From contig CAZTRA010000001.1 in NCBI GenBank assembly GCA_964616075.1, positions 49,599-113,598 on the forward strand: a stretch of 64,000 bases of DNA. The letters run 5' to 3'. A program made the translations under genes and the position numbers. The notes under the pieces were generated by a model. That model was not told the DNA's origin and did not search any database. It worked only from the letters and a program-made list of their open reading frames with translations. Shown here one piece after another: positions 10,093 to 20,261 of the stretch. Each line of letters opens with the position of its first letter. The stretch's first letter is position 1. This stretch comes from an uncultured Candidatus Saccharibacteria bacterium (GTDB lineage: Bacteria > Patescibacteriota > Minisyncoccia > Phycocordibacterales > DSPV01).

Positions 10093-11496
10093 ATGAAGGA
10101 AAAAACGCGTCCCATGCTCCGTCTGCCACCACAGTCACTTGAGAGCGAACAAGCATTGCTCGGTTCAATCATGTTACGCCCTGATGCGGCGCTCGACATT
10201 ATGCCGAGCGTTCCACCAGACGCATTCTACGCTGAACGAAACCGACTGATTTATCAGACTATGATTGAACTAGCAGATCAACACTCGCCTATTGATTTAA
10301 TTTCTCTGGCGACAAAATTGTCAGAAAAAAAACTTCTTGAATCCGTCGGGGGGCGAGCCTACCTCGCTGACCTACTAGGTACAGTTCCTTCAGCAGCAAA
10401 CATTGAATACTACGCAGAGATTGTAGCCGGCAAATACCTGCTACGACGACTTATCGAGGCCTCAGAGCGCGTGGGACAACTAGGATACAGCGAGGATCGC
10501 AATGTTTCTGAACTCATAGACGAAGCGCAGCGAGTGATTTTTGACGTAGCTAACGCGTCGTCTCATGGCGTTAAATTTGTTGAATTAAGACACGCACTTG
10601 GAGAAGCGTGGAATCGAATCGACACCTTACACAAAAATAAACACGAGCTCCGTGGTGTTCCTACCGGCTTTAAGAAACTTGACGGACTACTTGCTGGTCT
10701 ACAAAAATCAGACCTTGTGATCCTCGCCGCACGCCCTTCTGTTGGTAAAACATCACTAGCACTTGATATTGCTCGCAACTCTGCCATTAAACACGGAACA
10801 CCAGTTGCTATTTTCTCTCTTGAAATGAGCTCGCAACAGCTTGTTGATCGTATGTTGGCGGCTCAATCGCAAGTAAACGCCTGGCGCATGCGCACTGGGT
10901 CACTCTCAACAGAAGATGAGTTTGGCCGTATCCGTGATGCACTTGATACCCTCTCCACCGCCCCTATATACATCAACGACGAACCGGGTATTACCGCTAT
11001 GAAGATGCGATCAGTTGCTCGACGACTGATGACAGAAAAAACACTCGGACTCATTGTTGTAGACTACTTACAACTCATGATGCCAATGCACACACGATCA
11101 TCTGATTCACTTGTACAACAAGTAACTGAAATTAGCCGCTCACTCAAACACCTTGCCCGTGAACTAAACGTACCAGTATTAGCACTCTCCCAGCTCTCCC
11201 GTGATGTTGAAAAACGTGGTGGTAAGCCGAGACTCTCTGACCTGCGTGACTCTGGTTCTATTGAACAAGATGCCGACGTTGTCATGTTTATTCATCGACC
11301 TGATCGATTTAACGAAAGTTCTGATCGCGCCAGTATCGCGGAAATACATGTCGAAAAACATCGCAACGGCCCGACAGGTAAAATTGACCTCTACTTTGAC
11401 GATCAACGAGCAACCTTCCTCGATCTTGAGAAAGATGATTTCGGAGCGCTTGCTAGTGGCATGACTAATACAACAGATAGCCCCAATGATTTCTAG
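10093..11496 (+). CDS. dnaB: replicative DNA helicase DnaB
   Basis: DnaB N-domain; Walker A ARPSVGKTSLALDIA; RecA-like C-domain motifs. Confidence 0.9.
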   Translation: MKEKTRPMLRLPPQSLESEQALLGSIMLRPDAALDIMPSVPPDAFYAERNRLIYQTMIELADQHSPIDLISLATKLSEKKLLESVGGRAYLADLLGTVPSAANIEYYAEIVAGKYLLRRLIEASERVGQLGYSEDRNVSELIDEAQRVIFDVANASSHGVKFVELRHALGEAWNRIDTLHKNKHELRGVPTGFKKLDGLLAGLQKSDLVILAARPSVGKTSLALDIARNSAIKHGTPVAIFSLEMSSQQLVDRMLAAQSQVNAWRMRTGSLSTEDEFGRIRDALDTLSTAPIYINDEPGITAMKMRSVARRLMTEKTLGLIVVDYLQLMMPMHTRSSDSLVQQVTEISRSLKHLARELNVPVLALSQLSRDVEKRGGKPRLSDLRDSGSIEQDADVVMFIHRPDRFNESSDRASIAEIHVEKHRNGPTGKIDLYFDDQRATFLDLEKDDFGALASGMTNTTDSPNDF

Positions 11497-11510
11497 TACA
11501 ATACAGCTAT

Positions 11511-12140
11511 ATGAAGCCAATAGATGAACTCACGGAATTATTTAAAACATTTCCTAGCGTCGGACCACGACAAGCGAAACGTTTTGTATATCATCTACTC
11601 ACCACCCAAAAAGATACATCTACCCGTATTGCTACCCTCATAAAGACAATACGCGAGAACACCGTCACATGTACAACATGCCAACGATTTTTCCCAAAAC
11701 AAAATCATGGATACACCACTTGTGAAGAATGCCGTGACACACAGAGAGACCCTTCTATACTTGCAATCGTGCCTCGAGACACAGATAGAGATGCTATTGA
11801 AAAAAGTAAAACATTCAAAGGGTACTACTTTGTACTTGGTGGTACAGTCCCTATACTGGGAGAACATCCTGAAAAAAGAATCCGTCTACCACTCTTACTA
11901 CGCACTATCACGCAACATGCTAAAAATGGTTTAAAAGAACTTATTATTGCCATGGACGCCAATCCTGAGGGGGATCATACGGCTGAATATCTCGTAAAAA
12001 CATTACAACCAATCACCGCAGAATACGCATTGATTACAACTGTACTAGGACGCGGATTCTCAACGGGTACCGAGCTTGAATATGCGGATCCGGAAACCAT
12101 ACAAAACGCACTCTTAAACCGATCAAAAATTACTTCATAA
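11511..12140 (+). CDS. recR: recombination protein RecR
   Basis: HhH at N-terminus (FPSVGPRQAKRFVYHLL); C4 zinc finger (CTTC..CEEC); Toprim-like C-domain. Confidence 0.85.
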   Translation: MKPIDELTELFKTFPSVGPRQAKRFVYHLLTTQKDTSTRIATLIKTIRENTVTCTTCQRFFPKQNHGYTTCEECRDTQRDPSILAIVPRDTDRDAIEKSKTFKGYYFVLGGTVPILGEHPEKRIRLPLLLRTITQHAKNGLKELIIAMDANPEGDHTAEYLVKTLQPITAEYALITTVLGRGFSTGTELEYADPETIQNALLNRSKITS

Positions 12141-12190
12141 AAAAATACAATCGCAAGACGATCAACGTACCACCACACAAAGACTATCAG

Positions 12191-12240
12191 CAAAAACTGC
12201 ATCTTCGGTAGAGACCTCGATGCAGTTTTTTACTTTTTTT
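12191..12240. terminator. bidirectional terminator between recR (+) and rplU (-)
   Basis: stem aaaactgcatc / gatgcagtttt flanked by an A-run and a T-run. Confidence 0.6.
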
Positions 12241-12592
12241 ATTTAATAGCTGTAATTGAAACCTCAACAAATGGTTGACGGTGGCCATTGCGCTTCATGT
12301 AACGACTTTTTTGCTTATATTTCACAACCATAATTTTAGAAGCACGGCCTTCTTTTGTGATTGTACCAGAGACAGAAGCCCCTGTAATATAGGGAGTACC
12401 AATAGTTGCTGCAGAGCCATCATCTACCAAAAGAACCTTATCAAAAACAACCGCGTCACCAACGCTCTTACCAGGAAGACGCTCAATCTTTATCGTGTCA
12501 CCCGCGATCACACCATACTGCTTACCACCGGTCTCAATGACGGCATAGGTGGTTGCATCACTCTTGTTTGTAGCGGTTTTTTTGGCAGGCAT
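12239..12592 (-). CDS. rplU: 50S ribosomal protein L21
   Basis: YAVIETGGKQYGVIAGDTIKIERL matches the L21 N-terminal signature. Confidence 0.85.
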   Translation of the reverse strand: MPAKKTATNKSDATTYAVIETGGKQYGVIAGDTIKIERLPGKSVGDAVVFDKVLLVDDGSAATIGTPYITGASVSGTITKEGRASKIMVVKYKQKSRYMKRNGHRQPFVEVSITAIK

Positions 12593-12640
12593 GTCAGTGA
12601 CTGTGTATTCTACCTAAATTTATATAATGTGCAAGGGTTT

Positions 12641-13714
12641 CTATGCCTCAGTATCCGGACGCTCCAGTGTCACTGTTTCAAGTTCCGGGGCAGTCCCTGC
12701 AATACGCAACACATCTTTATCAAGCTGTTTAAAGGCTTTACCAGAAGCATTGTAGTGGTTGACCACAGTCGAAAGCGCATTTCCAAGCTTTCCATGGTAC
12801 TCTTCGTAGCCCTTTAAATGCTTTCCTAGCTCTTCTACACGCTTACGTATCTCTTTGGCTGTTTCTTCTATTTGGAGGGCTTTCAGACCCTGTAATACGG
12901 TCTGGAGATAGGCAAGAAAAGAGGTTGGTGACACGATAATCACCCGGTACTTACCAGCCGCCCGCTGCACCAGATTTTCCGTATCATCCGTAACCGCCCC
13001 GACCTTGTTGACGAGCAAATCGTAGTAAATAGCCTCGTGCGGAATAAACATAAACGCAAAGTCGGTTGTTCCCTGCTCTGGCTGAATATATTTACTTGTT
13101 TCAACAATACGACTCTTTAAGTCGTTGGTAAAAATCTTCTGAAGCCGATCTTTTTCAGTGGGATCTTTTGCCTCAACCAAACGATTGTAATTTTCCAATG
13201 AAAACTTTGAATCAATGGGAATGATTTTTTCTTTCACAAACACAGCGGCATCAACAATCGTGCCATCAGGAAACACATACTGCATGGCAAAACTTCCCGG
13301 CGGCAACGTGTTTTTAAGAAGGGTTTCCAAATAATACTCGCCGAGTACGCCACGCTGTTTTGGATTTTTAAGCAAATCACCAAGACTCTGCAGTTCAGAA
13401 GCAAACCCAACCATCTGTTTTCCTGTTTCCTCAACACGCGTCACCTTTTCGGTCATTGCCGTCACTTCACGCAAAAACTTATCCACGAGCTTCTGCGATT
13501 CTCCAAACTGCGAGCGCATCGCATCGTGCATGAACTTGTTTGTCTCACCGATTTTCTCATCAACTGTTCGGGAAAGGCTATTCATCTGATCCAAAAGCAA
13601 ACGGAGCGATGTATCATCTTGCGGTATGGGCTTTTGCCTACGTACCAATAACATAATCACAGCGACCAATAGTGCGGTAATAATCGCAAGAAAACCAATT
13701 AATCCTGTGTCCAT
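12641..13714 (-). CDS. rmuC: DNA recombination protein RmuC
   Basis: N-terminal TM then long coiled-coil and a C-terminal RmuC-like domain. Confidence 0.75.
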   Translation of the reverse strand: MDTGLIGFLAIITALLVAVIMLLVRRQKPIPQDDTSLRLLLDQMNSLSRTVDEKIGETNKFMHDAMRSQFGESQKLVDKFLREVTAMTEKVTRVEETGKQMVGFASELQSLGDLLKNPKQRGVLGEYYLETLLKNTLPPGSFAMQYVFPDGTIVDAAVFVKEKIIPIDSKFSLENYNRLVEAKDPTEKDRLQKIFTNDLKSRIVETSKYIQPEQGTTDFAFMFIPHEAIYYDLLVNKVGAVTDDTENLVQRAAGKYRVIIVSPTSFLAYLQTVLQGLKALQIEETAKEIRKRVEELGKHLKGYEEYHGKLGNALSTVVNHYNASGKAFKQLDKDVLRIAGTAPELETVTLERPDTEA

Positions 13715-13841
13715 AACATGTATTGTAGCATGGTGAAACCGAGCTCCTCGTCATAAGGAATCCTATGTTTGACTAAATAAAAAATAAGTGCTAATATATT
13801 TTTAGAAAACGTACTTCAAAACATCAACTGAAAGGATTTGC

Positions 13842-14426
13842 GTGAATTTCTATATCGCCGACATCCACCTCTTCGCGTGGATTGGAGCCGCACTCGCAAT
13901 ACTTGCATTCATCATCCTTGGGCACGGCATCTCCCAATCGAAAATAACTCAAAATATCCTCACCTGGGGACTCTGGGCTATTCTCGACATGGTGGCATTC
14001 GTGTCAGTGCTCGTACAAGGAGGAAACTCCTTACTAATTGCAATCTTCGTGTTGGGTAATGCCAGCATCACCGTGCTGATATACAGCACAGGTGGCGTGA
14101 TCACCTGGACGTGGTTTGAAAAAACCATTCTCCTTTTAATTGCGCTATGCATGATGATCTGGTACCTCTCGGGCCCTCAAGGAGCGACTATTGCGAGTAC
14201 CATAGCGGTATGCCTTGCCGGCGTACCACAACTCAAAGACGTTGCCAAAAACCCAAACACGGCACCGCTCTCACTATGGGTACTCAGTTTCCTCGCCAAT
14301 GGTATAACAACCGCCGGCGGCAAGAACTGGTCCATCGAGGAGCGCCTCTACCCTGCCGCAAGCACGGCGTACTGCCTGATCCTTGTTCTGTTGACCCTGC
14401 GACGCTACACCTATAAACAGGCATAG
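13842..14426 (+). CDS. hypothetical multi-pass membrane protein
   Basis: 5-6 predicted TM helices; no recognisable family. Confidence 0.4.
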   Translation: MNFYIADIHLFAWIGAALAILAFIILGHGISQSKITQNILTWGLWAILDMVAFVSVLVQGGNSLLIAIFVLGNASITVLIYSTGGVITWTWFEKTILLLIALCMMIWYLSGPQGATIASTIAVCLAGVPQLKDVAKNPNTAPLSLWVLSFLANGITTAGGKNWSIEERLYPAASTAYCLILVLLTLRRYTYKQA

Positions 14427-14523
14427 CGCACAACCACTCCGTACATGGTCGGAGTGGTTTTCTATTACTGGCTTTTCACAGTCTGTAGTCGTACACTATA
14501 CCTACGAGCTAATCTATATACTC

Positions 14524-14973
14524 ATGTCACTTGCACAAGATATTAAGCAATTAGTAAAAGAAGCGCTCCTCAAGAAAGATGAGGTGCGCCTGACCGTCCT
14601 GCGATCTATCCAAGCAGCTATTACCAATGAGATCATTGCCAAAAAAGTTACCGAGTTGACCGATGATGACGTGCTAACCCTCATCAGACGGTCGGTCAAG
14701 CAGCACAAAGACTCAATCGATCAATTTACCAAAGGTGGACGCACCGATCTCGTACACAGCGAGCAAGCGGAACTCACTATTCTTGAAGAATTTTTGCCGA
14801 CTATGATGGACAAAACGGAAATAAAAAAGATTGCGGAAGCAAAAATGAAAGAACTCGGTGTGACTAATAAAACAAAAGCCGGTATGCTCACCGGTGCACT
14901 CATGAAAGAATTGAAAGGACAAGCAGACGGCTCAGATGTGAAAGCGGTAGTTGATCAACTCCTCACTACCTAA
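14524..14973 (+). CDS. GatB/YqeY domain-containing protein
   Basis: MSLAQDIKQLVKEALLKKDEVRLTVLRSIQAAITNEII is characteristic of the YqeY family. Confidence 0.8.
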   Translation: MSLAQDIKQLVKEALLKKDEVRLTVLRSIQAAITNEIIAKKVTELTDDDVLTLIRRSVKQHKDSIDQFTKGGRTDLVHSEQAELTILEEFLPTMMDKTEIKKIAEAKMKELGVTNKTKAGMLTGALMKELKGQADGSDVKAVVDQLLTT

Positions 14974-14980
14974 CCAAAGA

Positions 14981-15016
14981 AAACCCCCATCCTGCAAGCA
15001 GGATGGGGGTTTTTCA
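14981..15016 (+). terminator. rho-independent terminator after the GatB/YqeY gene
   Basis: acccccatcctgc aag gcaggatgggggt followed by TTTTT. Confidence 0.7.
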
Positions 15017-15047
15017 TTCAGACATATTACACCTTATTCCCCATATA

Positions 15048-15076
15048 TTGACAATAGCACTGTTTTTATACATAAT
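15048..15076 (+). promoter_or_regulatory. sigma70-like promoter (TTGACA-17-CATAAT) for a small transcription unit
   Basis: read directly; RBS gagagg and ATG follow about 18 nt later. Confidence 0.45.
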
Positions 15077-15093
15077 GGCACGAGAGGTACTTT

Positions 15094-15303
15094 ATGCCCA
15101 CACGTATCATACCGCACAGGCCAATCCAGAAAGCACAGTGGTGGTTTGAGCAAATGAGGCGGGCCGCCTCACAAGCTCAAGACGACCCTCCCACCACCAC
15201 GAAAGCCCCCGCACCTACCGTACATAGGGGCATACAACCACCACCAAATAACCAGAAAAAACAAAGCTGGTTGAAGCAGTGGGAGGAAGAAAACGACCGA
15301 TGA
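15094..15303 (+). CDS. candidate small basic Pro/Gln-rich protein (69 aa) with its own promoter, RBS and terminator
   Basis: promoter at 15048-15076, RBS GAGAGG, stop at 15301-15303, hairpin and T-run at 15316-15347. Confidence 0.35.
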   Translation: MPTRIIPHRPIQKAQWWFEQMRRAASQAQDDPPTTTKAPAPTVHRGIQPPPNNQKKQSWLKQWEEENDR

Positions 15304-15315
15304 ATGACATGCCGT

Positions 15316-15347
15316 AGCGTCCACACGACAATGTGTGGACGTTTTTC
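15316..15347 (+). terminator. rho-independent terminator ending the small unit
   Basis: cgtccacac gacaat gtgtggacg followed by TTTTT. Confidence 0.55.
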
Positions 15348-15351
15348 ATGT

Positions 15352-15573
15352 TCACATTTCTGCAGAATCCTCCTGCAATACCGCTTCGACAAACGAAAGG
15401 CGACTGTCAGCATGACGCCACTCATTCTGTTTTTCTTGCGCCAGAAGAGTGCCCAGGGCGGACACATCACCCTCAGGAAGCGTCTCTAAAGAACTTAGTA
15501 ATTGTTTCTTTAGATCATCACTAAATAACGCGCTATGTTGTATGAGTACCGCAAGAGCTTCACGTTTGGTCAT
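15352..15573 (-). CDS. hypothetical small protein, translationally coupled to the upstream gene (ATGA overlap)
   Basis: 4-nt start/stop overlap with 15570..16223. Confidence 0.35.
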   Translation of the reverse strand: MTKREALAVLIQHSALFSDDLKKQLLSSLETLPEGDVSALGTLLAQEKQNEWRHADSRLSFVEAVLQEDSAEM

Positions 15574-16223
15574 ATATCTTTTTGTATATCTCCTGGCTTA
15601 AAAACTGCTACTGCCTTCTCAACCACATCTTTATGACGCATATGCGATTCCCTACGTATACGAAGTATCTCTCTGATAGCACGATATGCCTCATACAACG
15701 CTTCCTTATCATGACCAAAGAACTGGTGTAATGTTTCATACGCATGGGTCGGTGCAACACCGAGCGTTCCCACCTCAGCTAATTCAGTACCAATCGCCCC
15801 TTTTAGCGGTACGTGCGGCGTTAAAAAATCAAGTTTCTTAAACCATTTGAGTTTTGCAAGAACTTTCATAGCATCAGCGCTCGTGGAGCCACCCTCAGTC
15901 AAGGGAAAAGTGTCGAGCGCAACAATGCCGAGGTTTGCCATTGTACGCAGAAGTGCCTTCATTCCCTCTTTCACTGAAGGATCTCTCGCGAGCATGTGCC
16001 ACGCACTAGAGACGTCTACATACTCACCCACAAATTGTGGCGATAACTCTGCTGTCTCCATAGACTCAGGCACAATGTCAGGAATGTTCTTGGTATCCGC
16101 TAACACAGGCTCACCCACAAGCTCTGGTTTCTTTTGTATTTCAACATTCTCGGGGGTGATAACGCCGGCAGTATTCTGTTCCAACGATTCAGGTACCCCT
16201 TCAAAACCTTTTGATTCCTTCAT
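15570..16223 (-). CDS. hypothetical protein
   Basis: ORF with diverse composition; no recognised family. Confidence 0.5.
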   Translation of the reverse strand: MKESKGFEGVPESLEQNTAGVITPENVEIQKKPELVGEPVLADTKNIPDIVPESMETAELSPQFVGEYVDVSSAWHMLARDPSVKEGMKALLRTMANLGIVALDTFPLTEGGSTSADAMKVLAKLKWFKKLDFLTPHVPLKGAIGTELAEVGTLGVAPTHAYETLHQFFGHDKEALYEAYRAIREILRIRRESHMRHKDVVEKAVAVFKPGDIQKDI

Positions 16224-16337
16224 ATGCCCATGATATCAAAAAAAAACGAATCATTAAAAACAAATGCCCTGCAACAATGTAGATTGTGATGTAATTGCAT
16301 CATGTATATTCACTTCCGACCAAGAAGTTTCAATTTG

Positions 16338-16409
16338 TGACCCTACGGGGAGTTGAACCCCGGTTTCACCCGTGAGAGGGGTGCGTCCTAGCCACTAGAC
16401 GATAGGGCC
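16338..16409 (-). tRNA. tRNA-Glu (anticodon CUC); CCA not encoded
   Basis: manual cloverleaf: acceptor GGCCCTA/TAGGGTC, D-arm GTCT..GGAC, anticodon stem CACCC/GGGTG with loop CTCTCAC, T-arm CGGGG TTCAACT CCCCG. Confidence 0.85.
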
Positions 16410-16587
16410 ATGCCTAGATAAAAAATAGTATCCCAAAATAAAACCTATATCAAGCCAATATTGACTTATATATATCTATAATTCATAATATAGAGAGATA
16501 TGTAAACAACATGACACTAGCTATACAGATGGAACTGTGTGGCCATGGACCAAAAATGTCATGATGTGCATACGCTAGGAGTCTCAC

Positions 16588-17106
16588 ATGAGTACTGATA
16601 GCCTCACGGAGGGGTGTGCGATGGTCGCACATTTCCTCCGAAAGAAAGAGTACGTCCCCCAGCCAGGGGAAGTAAAGAAGATATACGAAAAAATATATTA
16701 CACTCGGGAGCTGTACACCAGCTTCTTAAGATTGATGATTCCAACTGTCCTTTTTTTGACAGAAAAAATTATCAAAAATTACACCTTTCCCCATCAAGAA
16801 ATAGTAACGGGAGGGATAGTTGTAATGGCTATAGTGGTAGCTATATACTACCTATGCCGCATGGCTGATATGGTCATTAAGATGCCGGACTTGAATGGGC
16901 CGGCAACGGGCGCTGAAGACATGGCCCGAGAAATAGAGAAAAAAATAAACGAATTCCGGCAACTCATGGGAAAATATCCCCAGGACATGGGGAGAGAGAA
17001 AATTAGAAATTTCTTGACAAGAGAAGCTAAAAAGCCAAAAGCAGCCCGACTTGAAGAAATTTTCACAGTCGCACAAGAGCTTGTGCGACTAGACTCACAC
17101 AGATAG
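16588..17106 (+). CDS. hypothetical protein
   Basis: ORF with one TM; a possible promoter TTGACT-17-CATAAT lies near 16464-16492. Confidence 0.4.
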   Translation: MSTDSLTEGCAMVAHFLRKKEYVPQPGEVKKIYEKIYYTRELYTSFLRLMIPTVLFLTEKIIKNYTFPHQEIVTGGIVVMAIVVAIYYLCRMADMVIKMPDLNGPATGAEDMAREIEKKINEFRQLMGKYPQDMGREKIRNFLTREAKKPKAARLEEIFTVAQELVRLDSHR

Positions 17107-17127
17107 TGCCCCCGCAACGGTGACCAA

Positions 17128-17153
17128 CCCCACTCACATCGAGTGGGGTTTTT
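17128..17153 (+). terminator. rho-independent terminator
   Basis: ccccactc acatc gagtgggg followed by TTTTT. Confidence 0.65.
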
Positions 17154-17157
17154 ATAC

Positions 17158-18462
17158 CTACCGCTTTTGCCATTCCTCATCTTGTCGAACCAGCACATCA
17201 ATCGAGTGTGCGGTCTGATCAAGTAACGCTGCCGATACACGTTCCATGCGCATTCCTTGAGAACCTTTTACCAAAACTATATCTCTCGCTTCAAGGATGT
17301 GTGACAGATACAGTGCTGCTTTTTTTGATTCCGCAAATGAAAAGATAGTGCGTGCATCTTTCCCTGCTCGCACAGCCGCTTGCGCTACATCACGAGATCG
17401 TGGACCAACTGTGACCAGCACATCTACAAACGCCACCTCCTTACCAATAGCCTCATGTTCTGTGACCGAGTATTTACCAAGTTCAAGCATGTCACCTAAC
17501 ACAGCAATCTTCCTTCCTGCACACTGCAACGACAAGAGAGTACGCACTGCCTCAAGCGTTGCAATGGGAGACGAATTATACGTATCATCAATAATCACAC
17601 TTTCATGAATCCCTTTGAGTAATCGCATACGGCCCGGAGGAGATTGATGTGTAGCTAATACAGGCACCGCTTTGGCTGGATCAAAACCGGCAGCTTTCAC
17701 AACACACAACGCTGCAAGTACCGGATACACATGTTGTACCCCTAAACACCCAGAAAGCTCAAAACGAAATGGTGTTTGATTCCCTACTATGGATACTGAA
17801 AAAGAAATACCTGATGGAACTTTTCTCTGATCATCTTTTTGATACGTTATTTCATATTCACTCGCTCGCACGTACACACCCTCTGAAAAACCATATGTAA
17901 TGGCGGTGAGCGCACGACGTTTCACTTGGTCGAGAATGATCGGATCATCACCATTCGCAACCACACTGCCAGATATACGCAACGCCTCAGCAAGAGTCAT
18001 TTTTTCGGCAATCACTTCCTGCGGCGAAGAAAAATGCTCCACGTGTACCGGTACATCAGGCAGACGTGTCAACACCGCAATGTGGGGCCTCACCCATGAG
18101 GCCGTACTCTTGATATCTCCCGGACGATCAGCACCCACTTCAAGTACCAACCATGACGGATATGAATCTCGCTTTATAAGTTGCCATGCACCAAACAGTA
18201 GATTTTTTATCCATACAAACGGATTATTCCAACCATTAGCCAAACCTAGTACCGTCAGTGGCACCCCAATCTCACTATTGAATGATTTTTCACTTTTACG
18301 AACAGTTGTAACGGCTGCAAGTGCTGTAAAAATAGCATCTTTTGTTGTTGTTTTTCCCACACTGCCAGTCACCGCAACAATCGAGGGCTCATGGCGCCGC
18401 AACATTGCGTGTGCCTCTTTCTGCAACAAAAAAATAATAATCTTTTTAAGACAATTTTTCAT
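17158..18462 (-). CDS. murF: UDP-N-acetylmuramoyl-tripeptide--D-alanyl-D-alanine ligase
   Basis: Mur ligase P-loop VAVTGSVGKTTTKD; IDDTYNSSP motif typical of MurF; dcw cluster context. Confidence 0.75.
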   Translation of the reverse strand: MKNCLKKIIIFLLQKEAHAMLRRHEPSIVAVTGSVGKTTTKDAIFTALAAVTTVRKSEKSFNSEIGVPLTVLGLANGWNNPFVWIKNLLFGAWQLIKRDSYPSWLVLEVGADRPGDIKSTASWVRPHIAVLTRLPDVPVHVEHFSSPQEVIAEKMTLAEALRISGSVVANGDDPIILDQVKRRALTAITYGFSEGVYVRASEYEITYQKDDQRKVPSGISFSVSIVGNQTPFRFELSGCLGVQHVYPVLAALCVVKAAGFDPAKAVPVLATHQSPPGRMRLLKGIHESVIIDDTYNSSPIATLEAVRTLLSLQCAGRKIAVLGDMLELGKYSVTEHEAIGKEVAFVDVLVTVGPRSRDVAQAAVRAGKDARTIFSFAESKKAALYLSHILEARDIVLVKGSQGMRMERVSAALLDQTAHSIDVLVRQDEEWQKR

Positions 18463-18548
18463 TAAAAAATACGGGCGAGTGCCACATCGTAGATATTACT
18501 ATATACCCAAACTACCACAGATGCATGGGGAAAATTTTACCCATGCAT

Positions 18549-20261
18549 CTACCGATCAGGTGGCACGCTGTAGTAGGAAAGAAGAAAACGCGTCATGTCC
18601 ATGAACGGCCCTGTTAATGTCTCTGATGCATACGTGGCACCTTTGGGATGCACCGCGTATAAAAAAACAAGAAACTTTGGATCATGCGCTGGGAAATAAC
18701 CAAAAAATGAGTTAAGGTACCGATCATCATAGTACCCACCCGCGGGATTGGCGATCTGCGCAGTTCCTGTCTTTGCAGCCACCGTATAGCGAGATAATTT
18801 TGCTTTACCATGCAACAACGCTTCATCAACCACCAACACAAGCATGCGAGTAATTGTGTCTGATGTCTCCTTTGAAATCACCCGTTTAGTCGAACTATAA
18901 TCTGGACGCCGTACTGAACCATCTTCATACTGAATCTCTTTGATCACGTGCGGATTGACTAGCATACCACCATTACCAAGTGCTGCGAGCGCGCGAACCA
19001 TCATTATAGGTGTTACCGCGATCCCTTGCCCATACGATGCAGTCGCTACATTTACATCTCGCTTAGAATTCAGATTAGCAATGAGTCCAGGTAATTCATT
19101 TGGCAAATCAATACCTGTCTCCTCACCAATACCAAATGAACGCAGACCTTCCACAAACCGATCTGCTCCAAGTGCAAGCGCCACGTGTGCGGCACCTGTG
19201 TTTAAAGATTTATTAAGCACCTCTTGCATACCAACTACCCCCCTACCCTTACCATCAAAATTACGTATTGTCTTACCATCAAGTTCAAGGAACCCTTTAT
19301 CTGTATACGTACTCGTAGTTGTCACTACACCCGCATCAAGACCAAGCGCCAGCGTGATAGGCTTCATAATCGAACCCATTTCATACACATGTTCGACAAG
19401 CGGATTAGTAAAAAGACCGACATCTTTCACACGTGCATACGTATTAGGATCAAACGATGGAATTGAGGCAAGAGCTAACACTTCTCCCGTCTGCGGATCA
19501 AGCACCACCCCTCCACCCTCACCAATACTCCATTGATCATTAATAGCAGTCAGTGTCTTTTCTAATTCCACCTGTACTGTTGGTTCAATAGATACCACAA
19601 TCGAACCAGGAACATCACTTGATGAGGATGCTTGTTTTGTGGGTGCATCAAATAAGCCAGTGAAAATAGTCTTTTTTGCAGTATTTGATCCTCGTCGCAA
19701 TACATGTTCATAATAACGCTCCAACCCATACTGACCGACCAGATGATCACCATCCCATCCGACAAAACCAATTGTATGAGCCGCCATATCAAGAGCTGGA
19801 TACATACGCCAGCGATCTTCATTCACTATCACACCAGGAATGCGTAAGGCTTTGATACGCTGACCATCTTCTTCACTTACCCGCCGTGCAACTTCACGAT
19901 ACGTGTCAGATGATCGCCTAAGCGCATCAAAAAAAACATTAGTATCTAAAGAAATAATTTCCGTAAGTTGAGCAAACGTACTTGATGCTTGCAAGGCAAC
20001 AATTTTTGGATTAATAGCGATCACCACACCGGTGGCGAGAGTTGCAACACCAATTTTTCTTCCAGTTTTTTCAACAAAATAAATAGAACCTCGATCAAAT
20101 AACTCCCCCACACCTCTTTGATACTGCTGATCAGCAGCTTGACGATAGGTTTCTCCATAGACCACCGTCACCACATACAACTTACCAATCAACACGCACC
20201 CAAACAGAAAAACCATCAAACCAACGAATCGAAGCCGGAGAGACGTATTACTTGACGACAT
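18549..20261 (-). CDS. ftsI: penicillin-binding protein, class B transpeptidase (FtsI-like)
   Basis: N-terminal TM; SxxK (GSIMKP); KTGTAQI; dcw context. Confidence 0.8.
   Translation of the reverse strand: MSSSNTSLRLRFVGLMVFLFGCVLIGKLYVVTVVYGETYRQAADQQYQRGVGELFDRGSIYFVEKTGRKIGVATLATGVVIAINPKIVALQASSTFAQLTEIISLDTNVFFDALRRSSDTYREVARRVSEEDGQRIKALRIPGVIVNEDRWRMYPALDMAAHTIGFVGWDGDHLVGQYGLERYYEHVLRRGSNTAKKTIFTGLFDAPTKQASSSSDVPGSIVVSIEPTVQVELEKTLTAINDQWSIGEGGGVVLDPQTGEVLALASIPSFDPNTYARVKDVGLFTNPLVEHVYEMGSIMKPITLALGLDAGVVTTTSTYTDKGFLELDGKTIRNFDGKGRGVVGMQEVLNKSLNTGAAHVALALGADRFVEGLRSFGIGEETGIDLPNELPGLIANLNSKRDVNVATASYGQGIAVTPIMMVRALAALGNGGMLVNPHVIKEIQYEDGSVRRPDYSSTKRVISKETSDTITRMLVLVVDEALLHGKAKLSRYTVAAKTGTAQIANPAGGYYDDRYLNSFFGYFPAHDPKFLVFLYAVHPKGATYASETLTGPFMDMTRFLLSYYSVPPDR

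Noticed and set aside
12275-12817. 180-aa plus-strand ORF overlapping rplU and rmuC
   Set aside because: Antisense to two well-supported genes. Cys-rich, low-complexity translation.
15177-15470. 97-aa minus-strand ORF overlapping the small plus-strand unit
   Set aside because: No promoter, RBS or terminator supports it, whereas the plus-strand 69-aa ORF has all three.
17123-17156. Hairpin considered as terminator for murF as well
   Set aside because: The T-run is only on the plus side, so it serves the upstream plus-strand gene. murF is followed immediately by ftsI and is probably co-transcribed.
18940-19536. 198-aa plus-strand ORF inside ftsI
   Set aside because: Antisense artefact with Ser/Pro/Thr low-complexity translation.
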